64,000 bases of DNA from an uncultured Candidatus Saccharibacteria bacterium (GCA_964421635.1 CAYQWZ010000006.1:165-64164); one strand, 5' to 3'. Shown: positions 1 through 9,028, numbered from the stretch's first letter. Notes: generated by a model not told the origin, from the sequence alone. Made by a program: numbers and translations.

Positions 1-2
1 AT

Positions 3-540
3 TTAGTAACAGGAAATATTAGATCAGGAATTAATATCTTTGGAATTGATGGTAATGCTAATGTGGTTAATACCTCAACCGGAGATGCTATAGCTGCAGA
101 TATTCTGTTTGGCAAGATTGCTTGGGTAGATGGTTCTGAAATTACAGGTAATATCTCTACCAATACGCTTTCTGCTGCTAACGACACAGTTTCCGCTGGT
201 TATTACGCTGCTACTACTCTGGCAACAGTAGACACCGACTTAGTCACAGGAAATATTCTTTCGGGTAAGACTATCTTTGGAGTGGCTGGTAACTCTAATG
301 TGGTAAACACCTCAACCGGAGATGCCACTGCAGCAGATATTCTGTTCGGCAAGATTGCTTGGGTAGATGGCTCAGAGATTACGGGAAGCATGGCAACCCA
401 GACCTTATCTGCAGATAGTCTAACGCTATCTGCTGGCTACTATACAGCTACAACCTTATCTACCGTAGATTCTGACTTAACAGCGGCTAATATTAAATCT
501 GGTGCAACAGTCTTTGGTCTTGCGGGAACAGCTGTTGCTG
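3..540. repeat. Tandem ~237-bp intragenic coding repeats (2 full copies plus partial) in surface protein gene
   Basis: Protein repeat units starting at nt 63 and nt 300 are ~80% identical; upstream partial unit runs to window start. Confidence 0.6.
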
Positions 541-1229
541 GTAGTGCTTGTTCGACTCAGGAATACCACGATGGGTATGCTTCCGCCACGGAGGAGAATA
601 ACTGCTCTTTCACCTGGACCACAGCTTCACCGGCAGTAACGGGCGATGACACTAGTGGTAATACAGATCCTCTTACGGGTCTTACTTGGAGCAACTACCT
701 TAGAAACAATGGTGGCATAGTGGAATTTAACACTAATAGCGGCTCTACCTGGAGCTGGGATGGCCAACAGAAGTTTACCGTTACCGCGGCTAATGCCACC
801 GCTGGTGCTACTTACACTAACAACAGCCAAACCTATACCGTAGTTTTAACTATCTCTGGGGGTACCACCCTATATACAATACCAACCGGCACTTCTGAAG
901 CTAGCGGTGCTTTGACTAAGACTTCCGGTACTGGTGACGATACTATCACTTTTTCTTCTCGCTCTGGTGATGCCGACAACATAGCCGTTGGTGGTAAAAC
1001 CGCCAGCGAGCTTTGTAGTGAGCGAGGTGACGGCTGGCGCTTGCCCACCCAAAAAGAGCTTCAGCAAGCTTACATTGATGGTGCGTATTGGAACCTGACT
1101 CAGCCGACAAGAGAATATTGGTCGGCGACGAGCTTCAATAGTACTTACGCGCACTATGTGAACCTGGCTAACGGCAGCACGAACAGCGCCTCTAAGACGA
1201 GTGAGATCAGTGTTCGCTGTGTTCGATAG
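3..1229 (+). CDS. Repeat-containing surface/secreted protein, 5'-truncated by window edge; C-terminal Lcl/DUF1566-like domain
   Basis: Reading frame of ORF 63..1229 is open back to position 3 (LVTGNIRSGINIFGIDGNAN continues the repeat). Two full ~79-aa tandem repeats (VVNTSTGDA.AADILFGKIAWVDGSEITG...) plus a partial third. C-terminal GDGWRLPTQKELQQAYIDGAYW motif typical of the DUF1566/Lcl C-terminal domain. Confidence 0.55.
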   Translation, partial: LVTGNIRSGINIFGIDGNANVVNTSTGDAIAADILFGKIAWVDGSEITGNISTNTLSAANDTVSAGYYAATTLATVDTDLVTGNILSGKTIFGVAGNSNVVNTSTGDATAADILFGKIAWVDGSEITGSMATQTLSADSLTLSAGYYTATTLSTVDSDLTAANIKSGATVFGLAGTAVAGSACSTQEYHDGYASATEENNCSFTWTTASPAVTGDDTSGNTDPLTGLTWSNYLRNNGGIVEFNTNSGSTWSWDGQQKFTVTAANATAGATYTNNSQTYTVVLTISGGTTLYTIPTGTSEASGALTKTSGTGDDTITFSSRSGDADNIAVGGKTASELCSERGDGWRLPTQKELQQAYIDGAYWNLTQPTREYWSATSFNSTYAHYVNLANGSTNSASKTSEISVRCVR

Positions 1230-1350
1230 CAACATAATAACGATACTAGCTAGATAATAAATTGGAGCCACCGCGCATCGAACAGATAGCACAGTTTTTT
1301 TTAATTAGCGTTTATTTGTCCCAAAGCAGCTAACGCTTTAGAATGAATAG

Positions 1351-3324
1351 GTGGATATCTTAGCCGATCTTAACCTGATGCAGAAAGAAGCGGTAGTCAA
1401 CACTGACGGCCCCGTTTTGATTTTAGCCGGGGCTGGTTCTGGCAAAACAAAGACGCTAACGGCTCGCATAGCTTATTTAATTCAGCAGAATAATGTTCAG
1501 CCGCAACATATTTTAGCGGTCACTTTTACCAATAAGGCGGCCGGCGAGATGGCGACCAGAGTTAGCGAAATGTTAGCCGGCCGCAGAAAAAGAAGCGATG
1601 AAAAAAAAGAGAAATCCTACTTTTTGCCGTGGCTGGGAACTTTTCATAGCATCTGTGTCAAAATTTTGCGCCACGAATTAAACAACGCCAAACTGCCCTA
1701 CACCCAGTATTTTACAATCTACGATAGCTCTGATCAGCTCAGTCTAATTCGCATGATAATGAAAGATTTTAAAATTGACCAAAAACAGTATAATCCGCGG
1801 GCGGTAAAAGCATATATAGAAGGAGCCAAGAACGAACTAATGACGCCAGCTGCCTACGCCAAATTTGCGGATAGCTATTTTCAAGAAGTAACATCTAAAA
1901 TATATACGGAGTACCAAAAAAGGATGGTGCAAGCCAACGCTATGGATTTTGACGACCTGATAAATAACACTCTAATTTTGTTTGAGCAGCATCCGAAAAT
2001 CCTTCAAAAATACCAAGTGCAGTTTAAATACATTTTAGTAGATGAATATCAGGATACGAACAAAGGGCAGTATACGCTAGTAAAAATATTGGCTAAGAAA
2101 CACCAGAATATTTTTGTGGTAGGAGACGATTGGCAGGCAATTTATGCTTTTCGAGGTGCTGACTTTAGAAATATCTTGAGATTCGAGAAAGATTATCCTA
2201 GAGCTAAAATTATTAAACTTGAACAGAATTACCGCTCAACTCAAAACATTTTGGATGCAGCCCATAACATTATTACTAAAAACGCTCAGCGCTCAGATAA
2301 AAAACTGTTTACCAATCGTGCGGCTGGTTATCCTATAAAAGTTGTAGAGTGCTTGAACGATTGGAGCGAAGGCGAATATGTCATTTCTGAAGTGCGAGAT
2401 TTAATTAGAAATTCTACTTCCAGCCCCAATAGTTTAGATCAAGTTGTGGTTTTATACCGGACGAATGCTCAATCGCGCGTGTTAGAAGAATCCTTAATTA
2501 AGGCAGATGTGCCGTACAAAGTGGTGGGAGCGGTGCGTTTCTACGATAGAAAAGAGATTAAAGATATTTTGGCTTATTTGCGGCTGTTGCATAATCCTGA
2601 AGATAGGGTCAGTTTTGAGCGAGCGGTCAACCGGCCGAGTCGAAAAATTGGCCCTAAAACTATTAAAGATTTTTACGCCGCGAAGCTGAAGGGCGAAGCA
2701 GGACCGTCAAAAGTGCAGGATTTCTTAAATTTTATGAACAAAATGCGAAGGGAGCTGAAAGGCAAAAACGCGGCCGAAATTGTCAGCGAAATTGTCAATA
2801 AATCTGGTTACAAAGATTGGGTGAAAGATGGCACAGTAGAGGGAGAAGGGCGGTGGGAGAACATAATGGAGCTCAAGAGCGCGGCCGCGGTGCATCAAAA
2901 TTTAGATGAATTTTTGGAGCGCGTGGCTTTGGTGCAAGATACAGATAGCGAAAATGAGCGCCGCCGCGATGAGAATTCTGAAAATTTCGGCTCTCGCCAC
3001 GATATGTTTGGGGAACGACCCGCTTTACGATTACCCGGAGTTTTGACTTTAATGACTACCCATGCGGCTAAAGGGCTGGAGTTTGACACTGTTATTATCA
3101 CCGGCCTTGAAGAAGGATTATTCCCGCACCAAAATTCACTACATGATCCGGCTGAAATGGAAGAAGAGCGGCGCTTGGCTTATGTAGGAATGACGCGTCC
3201 CAAGCGCCGATTGTACTTGGTTTACGCCACAGAGCGCAGAATGTTTGGCTCGGTTGTGGCCAACGCTCCTAGCCGTTTTATTTCCGAAATTCCGGAGAAT
3301 CTAGTAGAACTGGTGGAGTGGTAA
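1351..3324 (+). CDS. uvrD: ATP-dependent DNA helicase UvrD/PcrA family
   Basis: Walker A GAGSGKT near N-terminus, FTNKAA, DEYQDTN (motif II), YRS..NIL motifs; 657 aa. Confidence 0.9.
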   Translation: MDILADLNLMQKEAVVNTDGPVLILAGAGSGKTKTLTARIAYLIQQNNVQPQHILAVTFTNKAAGEMATRVSEMLAGRRKRSDEKKEKSYFLPWLGTFHSICVKILRHELNNAKLPYTQYFTIYDSSDQLSLIRMIMKDFKIDQKQYNPRAVKAYIEGAKNELMTPAAYAKFADSYFQEVTSKIYTEYQKRMVQANAMDFDDLINNTLILFEQHPKILQKYQVQFKYILVDEYQDTNKGQYTLVKILAKKHQNIFVVGDDWQAIYAFRGADFRNILRFEKDYPRAKIIKLEQNYRSTQNILDAAHNIITKNAQRSDKKLFTNRAAGYPIKVVECLNDWSEGEYVISEVRDLIRNSTSSPNSLDQVVVLYRTNAQSRVLEESLIKADVPYKVVGAVRFYDRKEIKDILAYLRLLHNPEDRVSFERAVNRPSRKIGPKTIKDFYAAKLKGEAGPSKVQDFLNFMNKMRRELKGKNAAEIVSEIVNKSGYKDWVKDGTVEGEGRWENIMELKSAAAVHQNLDEFLERVALVQDTDSENERRRDENSENFGSRHDMFGERPALRLPGVLTLMTTHAAKGLEFDTVIITGLEEGLFPHQNSLHDPAEMEEERRLAYVGMTRPKRRLYLVYATERRMFGSVVANAPSRFISEIPENLVELVEW

Positions 3325-3344
3325 TTCGGAGTAAGTACAAGTAA

Positions 3345-3899
3345 CTATTTTGGAAAACCATATTTCTTTTTCAGCTTATTATATTTCTGATGATTGAAAC
3401 GATAAATACCTAAAGGTAAAACTCTCTTTGTTGTTTCAATATTAATTATCGTCATTCTTTCCATTAGAGGAGAAATAAAATCTTGATGATTAAATGTTGC
3501 AAAAAATAATTTTGCTCTGGGTTTAAAAGTTAATTTGGCAATTAAGATATTATCAGCAAGAGATGATTTTGATGAATATTGAGGGTCTATATTATTGTTA
3601 ATATTTGATATTATTTGAGCTTCAATTATATCTTTTTGGGTTGTTGGTAAATAATTGATGTTTGTATAAAGACTACCAAGGAGTTTTTCGATATATTCAA
3701 AATAGCTTTTGGTTTCAGCATAATTTTTTCTGCCCTGAAGGAATTCGGTGGTTACAATATCGTCAATAGTAATATCTATGTTATTATTTTTAATTTCATC
3801 AAAAAAATCTTCAAACGGTTTACGGTCAAGTTTGACTAATTCAAATAGTACGCAAGTATCAAGCAGAAGTGTTCTGCAATCTAAGTCGCTCAATTTCAT
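3345..3899 (-). CDS. PIN-domain protein (VapC-like putative toxin)
   Basis: LLLDTCVLFE (first PIN Asp), TTEFLQG, SLADNILIA, FATFNHQDF (C-terminal PIN motif). First ATG at 3899 is preceded by GAGGA; ORF track starts at TTG 3914. Very AT-rich relative to flanks. Confidence 0.55.
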   Translation of the reverse strand: MKLSDLDCRTLLLDTCVLFELVKLDRKPFEDFFDEIKNNNIDITIDDIVTTEFLQGRKNYAETKSYFEYIEKLLGSLYTNINYLPTTQKDIIEAQIISNINNNIDPQYSSKSSLADNILIAKLTFKPRAKLFFATFNHQDFISPLMERMTIINIETTKRVLPLGIYRFNHQKYNKLKKKYGFPK

Positions 3900-4047
3900 G
3901 TTCTCTATCCTCAAGGTTTTTCTTCACCCTCTCTTTGAGCTTAAGTAGATCTTTATCGTAATGGAAAGGTTGTCTCTCGCGAGCCTCACCACTAATTACA
4001 TATGGACCATACTTAATGTCTTTATTCATAATTTTATTATGACACAA
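3859..4047 (-). CDS. Small ORF upstream of PIN gene, possible antitoxin (unknown family)
   Basis: 56-62 codon ORF (ATG at 4029 or TTG at 4047) directly 5' of and overlapping the PIN gene by ~40 nt; no recognisable SD. Confidence 0.3.
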   Translation of the reverse strand: MCHNKIMNKDIKYGPYVISGEARERQPFHYDKDLLKLKERVKKNLEDREHEIERLRLQNTSA

Positions 4048-4126
4048 AAGTATATGACAAAAAGATTATCAGTATGGCGTCAGTAATCCACAGTTTGTAA
4101 TATGATCGTGCTATAGTTCTTGGGTA

Positions 4127-5128
4127 GTGAAAAAAATTATCCCAGTGGTGGCTTTTTTTCTTCCGGTAGTGGTATTTGGCTCCACCTTATTTTTAAATCA
4201 AAAAAATGAGCAATGGATGACAATCAAAGCCCAAGCTGCCGGTATTGAAGAAGAGCAACAGGTTCTAGGCGCTCAAGTGACAGATATCGCAGATAAAATT
4301 AGCTCAGTTCAAGCAGAAGTTTATTACGGTCCGGGCGAAATTTATACACTCGACGATATGCAAACAATTTTGGGCATTGAGGTTTTCGAAGAAGATATTG
4401 TGACCGCCTTTCCGAATCCTTCGTTAGGAGTAGGCTCAGAAATTAAAGTTTATCGGGCGCAGGCAGTTTTAGTAGTCGACGCAAAAGCAGAAACCGTATA
4501 TAGAAGCTGGATGCGGACTATTGGCGAAATGCTGGCCGAAAAGGGAATTGAGGTTGGCGATGATGATGAAGTGGAGCCGAATCAGGACACTGAATATTTA
4601 ACAGACAATCGGTTGACGCCTGTCAAAATAATAATTACGCGAGTTGAAGAAACAGATGTGGAAGTGCCTCAAAAAATTGAATTCGAAGTGGAGTATCAAG
4701 ATGATAGTTCAATGTTTAAAGGTGAGACGAAAGTTTTACAGGCTGGTATAGAAGGATTGCGCATAAAAACCTATCATGTACGGCGCGAGAATGGGGAAGA
4801 GGTCGCGCGCGATTTAGTTGCTAATGAGGTCACTAAAAATCCGCAAACGAAGGTAATCGCGCGCGGCACAAAAGTGAAAACTTACGGCTCTGGCAACGCC
4901 ACTTGGTACACGAAAAAGTATAGTCATGTAGCCGCCCACAACACCTTACCGCGAGGGACGAGGGTAAAAGTCATAAACAACGCAAACGGCAAATCTACAG
5001 AAGTTACCGTAGTCGGCGGCGGATTATACACTAATGCAATTATAGATTTATCATATGACGCCTTTTCTGAGATAGCAGATCCTTCGGCTGGCGTAATTTC
5101 GGTCAGACTAGAAAAAGTGTACGATTAG
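4127..5128 (+). CDS. YabE-like cell-wall protein: N-terminal TM, G5 domain, C-terminal 3D/RlpA-like double-psi beta-barrel domain
   Basis: GTG start; hydrophobic N-terminus; G5-like segment (VKIIITRVEETDVEVPQKIEFEV...); C-terminal YGSGNATWYTKKYSHVAAHNTLPRGTRVKV...VVGGGLYTNAIIDLSYDAF. Synteny with rsmA as for yabE-ksgA in Bacillus. Confidence 0.65.
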   Translation: MKKIIPVVAFFLPVVVFGSTLFLNQKNEQWMTIKAQAAGIEEEQQVLGAQVTDIADKISSVQAEVYYGPGEIYTLDDMQTILGIEVFEEDIVTAFPNPSLGVGSEIKVYRAQAVLVVDAKAETVYRSWMRTIGEMLAEKGIEVGDDDEVEPNQDTEYLTDNRLTPVKIIITRVEETDVEVPQKIEFEVEYQDDSSMFKGETKVLQAGIEGLRIKTYHVRRENGEEVARDLVANEVTKNPQTKVIARGTKVKTYGSGNATWYTKKYSHVAAHNTLPRGTRVKVINNANGKSTEVTVVGGGLYTNAIIDLSYDAFSEIADPSAGVISVRLEKVYD

Positions 5129-5131
5129 TAC

Positions 5132-5995
5132 ATGGAGCTTGAAGCTAGTTTTGTTCGAGATCTGTTATCCTCAATTAAGAAAAAGCCCACCAAAGAACTA
5201 GGGCAAAATTTTTTGTTAGACGGAGAAGTGGTCAAAAAAATGGTAGAAGTAGCCCTACCAGCTGGCGAGAAAGTGAAAAATATCATGGAGATTGGCCCCG
5301 GATTAGGAATTTTAACTAAAGAGATTATTGAATACTGGCAAGATACACCACCTAAAAAAGGGAGAGCACAAATAATAGCGGTAGAGCGTGATGCCGATTT
5401 GGCCAAAAATTTACCCCGCTGGCTAATGAAACCCAAAGAGTTAAAAATTGTCGAACAGGATGTAATAAAGTTTGATCGCGCCAAGCACTTTAAAGACGAA
5501 GATTTTATTTTAATTGCTAATTTGCCGTTTCAAGTGACAAATTTTATTTTGAGCTCAATGTTGACTCAAAAGCCGCGGCCGAAGCGCGCGGTGGTGATGA
5601 TTCAGAAAGAGGTGGCCGATAGAGTTTTAGCCAAACCTAAGGATAACGCGCGCGGTATGATGTCTGTAATTGCGGAATATTTTTGTGAACGGAAACATAT
5701 TTTACATGTGCCCAGCTCATCCTTTTACCCTGAGCCTAAAGTTGATGCGGCCGTAATTAGTTTGAAAATTCAGCGACCTCTAGACGAAAAAAGTGTCGAG
5801 CTCTTTCGGGTAGTCAAAGCCGGATTTTCGGCACGACGAAAAAATTTAAAAAACGCCCTTTCAGGTGGATTGGGAATTAAAAAGGAAGAAGCAGAAAAAA
5901 TCCTTAAAAAAGCAGAGATAAGTATTAATAGTCGAGCGCAGGAGCTGACTCTAATTCAGTGGCAAGATCTTGCTAATCAGATCGCAACCTGTTAA
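5132..5995 (+). CDS. rsmA: 16S rRNA (adenine1518/1519-N6)-dimethyltransferase RsmA/KsgA
   Basis: GQNFLLDGEVVKKMVE, IMEIGPGLGILT (SAM motif), NLPF motif. Confidence 0.9.
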   Translation: MELEASFVRDLLSSIKKKPTKELGQNFLLDGEVVKKMVEVALPAGEKVKNIMEIGPGLGILTKEIIEYWQDTPPKKGRAQIIAVERDADLAKNLPRWLMKPKELKIVEQDVIKFDRAKHFKDEDFILIANLPFQVTNFILSSMLTQKPRPKRAVVMIQKEVADRVLAKPKDNARGMMSVIAEYFCERKHILHVPSSSFYPEPKVDAAVISLKIQRPLDEKSVELFRVVKAGFSARRKNLKNALSGGLGIKKEEAEKILKKAEISINSRAQELTLIQWQDLANQIATC

Positions 5996-6031
5996 TCTTT
6001 TTGTAATCTAGGAGTTGTTAATGTTCAGTTA

Positions 6032-6709
6032 ATGAGAATATTAGTTGTTGAAGACCAGCCCGACATTAGACAGGCCCTAATCCTTACGCTAGAGAGTGAA
6101 GGGTTTCTTGTTGACTCAGCCTCTACGGCGCGTGAAGCTGTCTTTAAAGCGACGGTTAATCAGTACAGCGTAATTGTATTAGATCTTAATCTGCCAGATG
6201 GCGACGGCATGACAGTCTGCCATGAAATGCGCCAAGATAATATAGAAACTCCTGTATTAATGCTCACCATTCGTTGTGAGTTGCAAGAAATTGTTAAAGG
6301 ATTCGACACGGGAGCAGACGATTATATGACTAAACCGTATTCGCCCGGCGAACTGGTAGCGCGGCTAAAGTCATTAGCGCGGCGCGGTACCAAACAGAAA
6401 ACATCAGTATACAGAACAGACTACCTAGAGTTAAACACTCGAGCGCGTAGTCTCATTTTTTATGGCAAAGATATTGTTCTGACCCGCCGCGAGTTCGATT
6501 TACTACAGCATCTATTAGAGCGCGACGGCGATGTTGTGCATCGAGAAGATTTATGGGAGCAAGTCTGGGGCTGGGATGATTATCCGCTTCACAACACCGT
6601 CGATGTGCATATTAAAAAATTGCGAGACAAGTTGCATGATCGTCGTGGCCGCGTCATTCAAACAGTCCGCGGCGTCGGCTATCGCTTCAACACCGAACAC
6701 GCGAAATAA
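6032..6709 (+). CDS. OmpR/PhoB-family response regulator (receiver plus winged-helix)
   Basis: MRILVVEDQPDIR, DLNLPDGDG, TVRGVGYRF; no histidine kinase adjacent. Confidence 0.85.
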   Translation: MRILVVEDQPDIRQALILTLESEGFLVDSASTAREAVFKATVNQYSVIVLDLNLPDGDGMTVCHEMRQDNIETPVLMLTIRCELQEIVKGFDTGADDYMTKPYSPGELVARLKSLARRGTKQKTSVYRTDYLELNTRARSLIFYGKDIVLTRREFDLLQHLLERDGDVVHREDLWEQVWGWDDYPLHNTVDVHIKKLRDKLHDRRGRVIQTVRGVGYRFNTEHAK

Positions 6710-6725
6710 CGGGTATAATAATGGG

Positions 6726-8012
6726 GTGAGTTTATTCAAAGTTGCTCCTAAAATTCAAATTAAAAAAAAGAGAAGTCGTCATCTAAAACACCGCCGGACT
6801 TTATGGGATTTTATACGGCCGCGCAAATCTGGAGTCATTACGGGCGCGGCCGACAATGATCCTTCGGGAATTGTCACCTATACGCAAACAGGTGCGGTGG
6901 CGGGGCTCGGTCTACTTTGGACAGTTCTTTTTTCGTTGCCAATGCTAGTCGTTGTCGAAGAGATGAGCACCCGAGTCGGTATAGTCACTAAACGCGGATT
7001 AAACAAAATTATCTCTGCCAAATTTGGTTTTGCCTCAGCTGTTTTCACGGCGTTAATTGTGGCAGTTTGCAACACCTTAACCATCGGCGCAAACTTGGCT
7101 TTTATGTCCCAAATCGCCTCCATTTTCAGTGGCATTCCAGCGCAGTATTGGGTCGGGCTGTTTGGGTTAATCCTGCTATTTATATTATTAAAAAAAGGAT
7201 ACGCTATAATTTCTCGTTATCTGTTATTTATTACGCCAATATTTTTGTTATATATTATTTCGGCCTTTATGGTACCCGATATTCCTTGGGCAAATGTGGT
7301 AGTGAACACGGTTGTACCGCGGCTAAATTTATCAGATTTTTCAGTTATTATGCTGGCTTTAGGAGTTTTTGGTACTACCGTTTCGCCGTACTTAATTTTT
7401 TGGCAAACTACGGAAGAGATTGAAGAGAAAAAGAAGGTTAAGGATATTGACGAAGAATCGGCCGGCGTAGTGTCAGGAATGTTTTTTACTCAGACAGTAT
7501 TTTTCTTTATTGTTTTGGTAGCGGCGTTAGTACTGCATGGTCAAGTGGGTGAGGTTGAAACGGCTGAACAGGCTGCTTTGGCGCTAAAACCACTGGCAGG
7601 CAATATCAGCTTTTTCATCTTTAGCATTGGCATAATGGCTTCAGGATTATTAGCCGTTCCAGTTTTGACTGCATCTACTGCTTATACTGTGGCTGATACT
7701 TTTAATTGGAAAGAAGGATTAGACAAAAAACAGATTCACGCCAGTGGTTTTTACACTATTATTATTCTGGCCATGATCGCGGGTATCGGCATTGCTTTGT
7801 CTGGTTTTAGCCCCGTGATGATGCTCGTTTACTCGCAGGTATTAAATGGCGTTTTGGTACCAATCCTACTAGTATATTTAATTTTAATTGCTAATGATAA
7901 GAAAATTATGGGTCAGCACCGAAACTCTTTTTTGGCTAATTTGATCTCTTGGGTGACGGTGTTGGTTATGGGATCGCTAACTTTGTTAATGATTTGGTCG
8001 TGGTTTAAGTAA
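6726..8012 (+). CDS. mntH: Nramp-family divalent metal (Mn2+/Fe2+) transporter MntH-like
   Basis: GAADNDPSGIVTYTQTGA (Nramp DPGN-like motif) and multiple TM segments. The ORF-track start at 6531 overlaps the regulator gene in another frame; the first in-frame start after the regulator stop is GTG 6726, so the start is uncertain. Confidence 0.75.
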   Translation: MSLFKVAPKIQIKKKRSRHLKHRRTLWDFIRPRKSGVITGAADNDPSGIVTYTQTGAVAGLGLLWTVLFSLPMLVVVEEMSTRVGIVTKRGLNKIISAKFGFASAVFTALIVAVCNTLTIGANLAFMSQIASIFSGIPAQYWVGLFGLILLFILLKKGYAIISRYLLFITPIFLLYIISAFMVPDIPWANVVVNTVVPRLNLSDFSVIMLALGVFGTTVSPYLIFWQTTEEIEEKKKVKDIDEESAGVVSGMFFTQTVFFFIVLVAALVLHGQVGEVETAEQAALALKPLAGNISFFIFSIGIMASGLLAVPVLTASTAYTVADTFNWKEGLDKKQIHASGFYTIIILAMIAGIGIALSGFSPVMMLVYSQVLNGVLVPILLVYLILIANDKKIMGQHRNSFLANLISWVTVLVMGSLTLLMIWSWFK

Positions 8013-8032
8013 ATAAAAAGACAAATAAAAAA

Positions 8033-8060
8033 CCGCCGCGAGTATGAGTCACTCGCGGCG
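8033..8060. terminator. GC hairpin (ccgccgcgagt/actcgcggcg) with A-run upstream on plus, i.e. U-run downstream on minus: terminator for minus-strand GC-rich operon; may also stop mntH
   Basis: 10-11 bp perfect stem with 7-nt loop; aaataaaaaa immediately 5' on the plus strand. Confidence 0.6.
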
Positions 8061-8201
8061 ATTGTGTTGGGGCTCGGCGCTGAACACCGCTCGCAGGAAG
8101 CGAGCGATGTCCCGGCCGAGGGCGCGCCAGTCGATCTGGTGGGCGATGAGCGCCCACCAGCGGGAGAACACTGGCTCTCCCTGATTGTCTTGCTGCTTCA
8201 T
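8049..8201 (-). CDS. Unannotated 50-aa ORF (third gene of GC-rich operon), hypothetical
   Basis: ATG at 8201..8199 preceded by AGGAGG (8212..8207) that overlaps the TAG stop of the 65-aa gene. Translates to MKQQDNQGEPVFSRWWALIAHQIDWRALGRDIARFLRAVFSAEPQHNRRE; stop lies inside the terminator hairpin. Confidence 0.4.
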   Translation of the reverse strand: MKQQDNQGEPVFSRWWALIAHQIDWRALGRDIARFLRAVFSAEPQHNRRE

Positions 8202-8210
8202 CTCGACCTC

Positions 8211-8408
8211 CTAGTCGAGCTTGATGTCGCAGTTGAGACAGAAGGTGGTGCCGGTGAGGTTCACCGGCGTCTGCCCCTTGCACACCGGACATGTGGCCAT
8301 CAGCGGCTTGGGCAGCTGCATGGCCAGCTCGGCGCCGCGCGGGCGCACAATGGTGGCCGTAGCAGCGGGTGGCGTCGGCGTTTCGCGCCGCGGGGTAGCA
8401 GTCGTCAT
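8211..8408 (-). CDS. Small zinc-ribbon-like protein (65 aa), hypothetical
   Basis: CPVCKG...CLNC motif; AAGGAG SD 8 nt upstream; ATGA overlap with upstream gene; ~65% GC. Confidence 0.45.
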   Translation of the reverse strand: MTTATPRRETPTPPAATATIVRPRGAELAMQLPKPLMATCPVCKGQTPVNLTGTTFCLNCDIKLD

Positions 8409-8860
8409 GATACTGGCTCCTTCGGCCTCTCGGCCGTCAGGCGCACCTTCTGGGCGCCCTGATCACAGTGCCCACACTCGGTGAAGTCACCCGCGATCGC
8501 TTGGTCGCCGGGGTAAACATGTCCGCACTTGGGGCAGAAGAGGTCAGGAGCGTCTTCCTTGACCTCGTGGCCGCTCATCCACACCAGCTTAGGTGCGCGG
8601 AAGCAACCGGACTTGGTGCAGCGCGTGGCATGGAGCAACTCATTCAAGAAGCCGTACACCGTGTGGCAGCACGGGCAGGCCAGAACGAGCTCTTCGTCCT
8701 CAACATCAGCGATCGGCACGGTGCCGAGGGGTTCTCCTAGGCGCAGGGCCTCACGCTGAGCCTCACGAAGACAGGTTGTCCCGCGCCGCACATGCTCGGG
8801 CTCGCCGGACAGACCGCAGGTCTGACCGTTCGAGCCGCATACGCCACAGATTCGTGGCAT
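8405..8860 (-). CDS. Cys-rich multi-zinc-ribbon protein (151 aa), hypothetical
   Basis: CGVCGS...CG, CPCCH, CPKCGH...CGHC motifs; minus strand; the plus-strand ORFs overlapping here are judged to be GC-driven artefacts. Confidence 0.5.
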   Translation of the reverse strand: MPRICGVCGSNGQTCGLSGEPEHVRRGTTCLREAQREALRLGEPLGTVPIADVEDEELVLACPCCHTVYGFLNELLHATRCTKSGCFRAPKLVWMSGHEVKEDAPDLFCPKCGHVYPGDQAIAGDFTECGHCDQGAQKVRLTAERPKEPVS

Positions 8861-9028
8861 TTCAGCTCACTTTCACCCCTTAAGGGGTAACTAGGTAGAC
8901 ACCCCCGTAAAGGGGGTAGAATATGTGTACTTCAGCCTTTTTCAGGTACAAGCGCTAACCTAAACCCGTAGGCCTAAACTAGGCTTTGATAGCCAGATTA
9001 TAGCAAAAAAAGGGGTAAAAGTCAACCT

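Noticed and set aside
6531-6725. ORF-track start of the Nramp transporter at 6531
   Set aside because: It overlaps the upstream response-regulator gene in another frame for ~180 nt and starts with regulator-antisense sequence. The first in-frame start after the regulator stop is GTG 6726.
8005-8883. Plus-strand ORFs 8064..8462, 8221..8484, 8468..8740, 8529..8759, 8593..8883 and minus ORF 8005..8292 inside the high-GC segment
   Set aside because: High GC suppresses stop codons in all frames. These overlap the SD-bearing, zinc-ribbon-encoding minus-strand genes and have no ribosome-binding sites or sensible sequence features.
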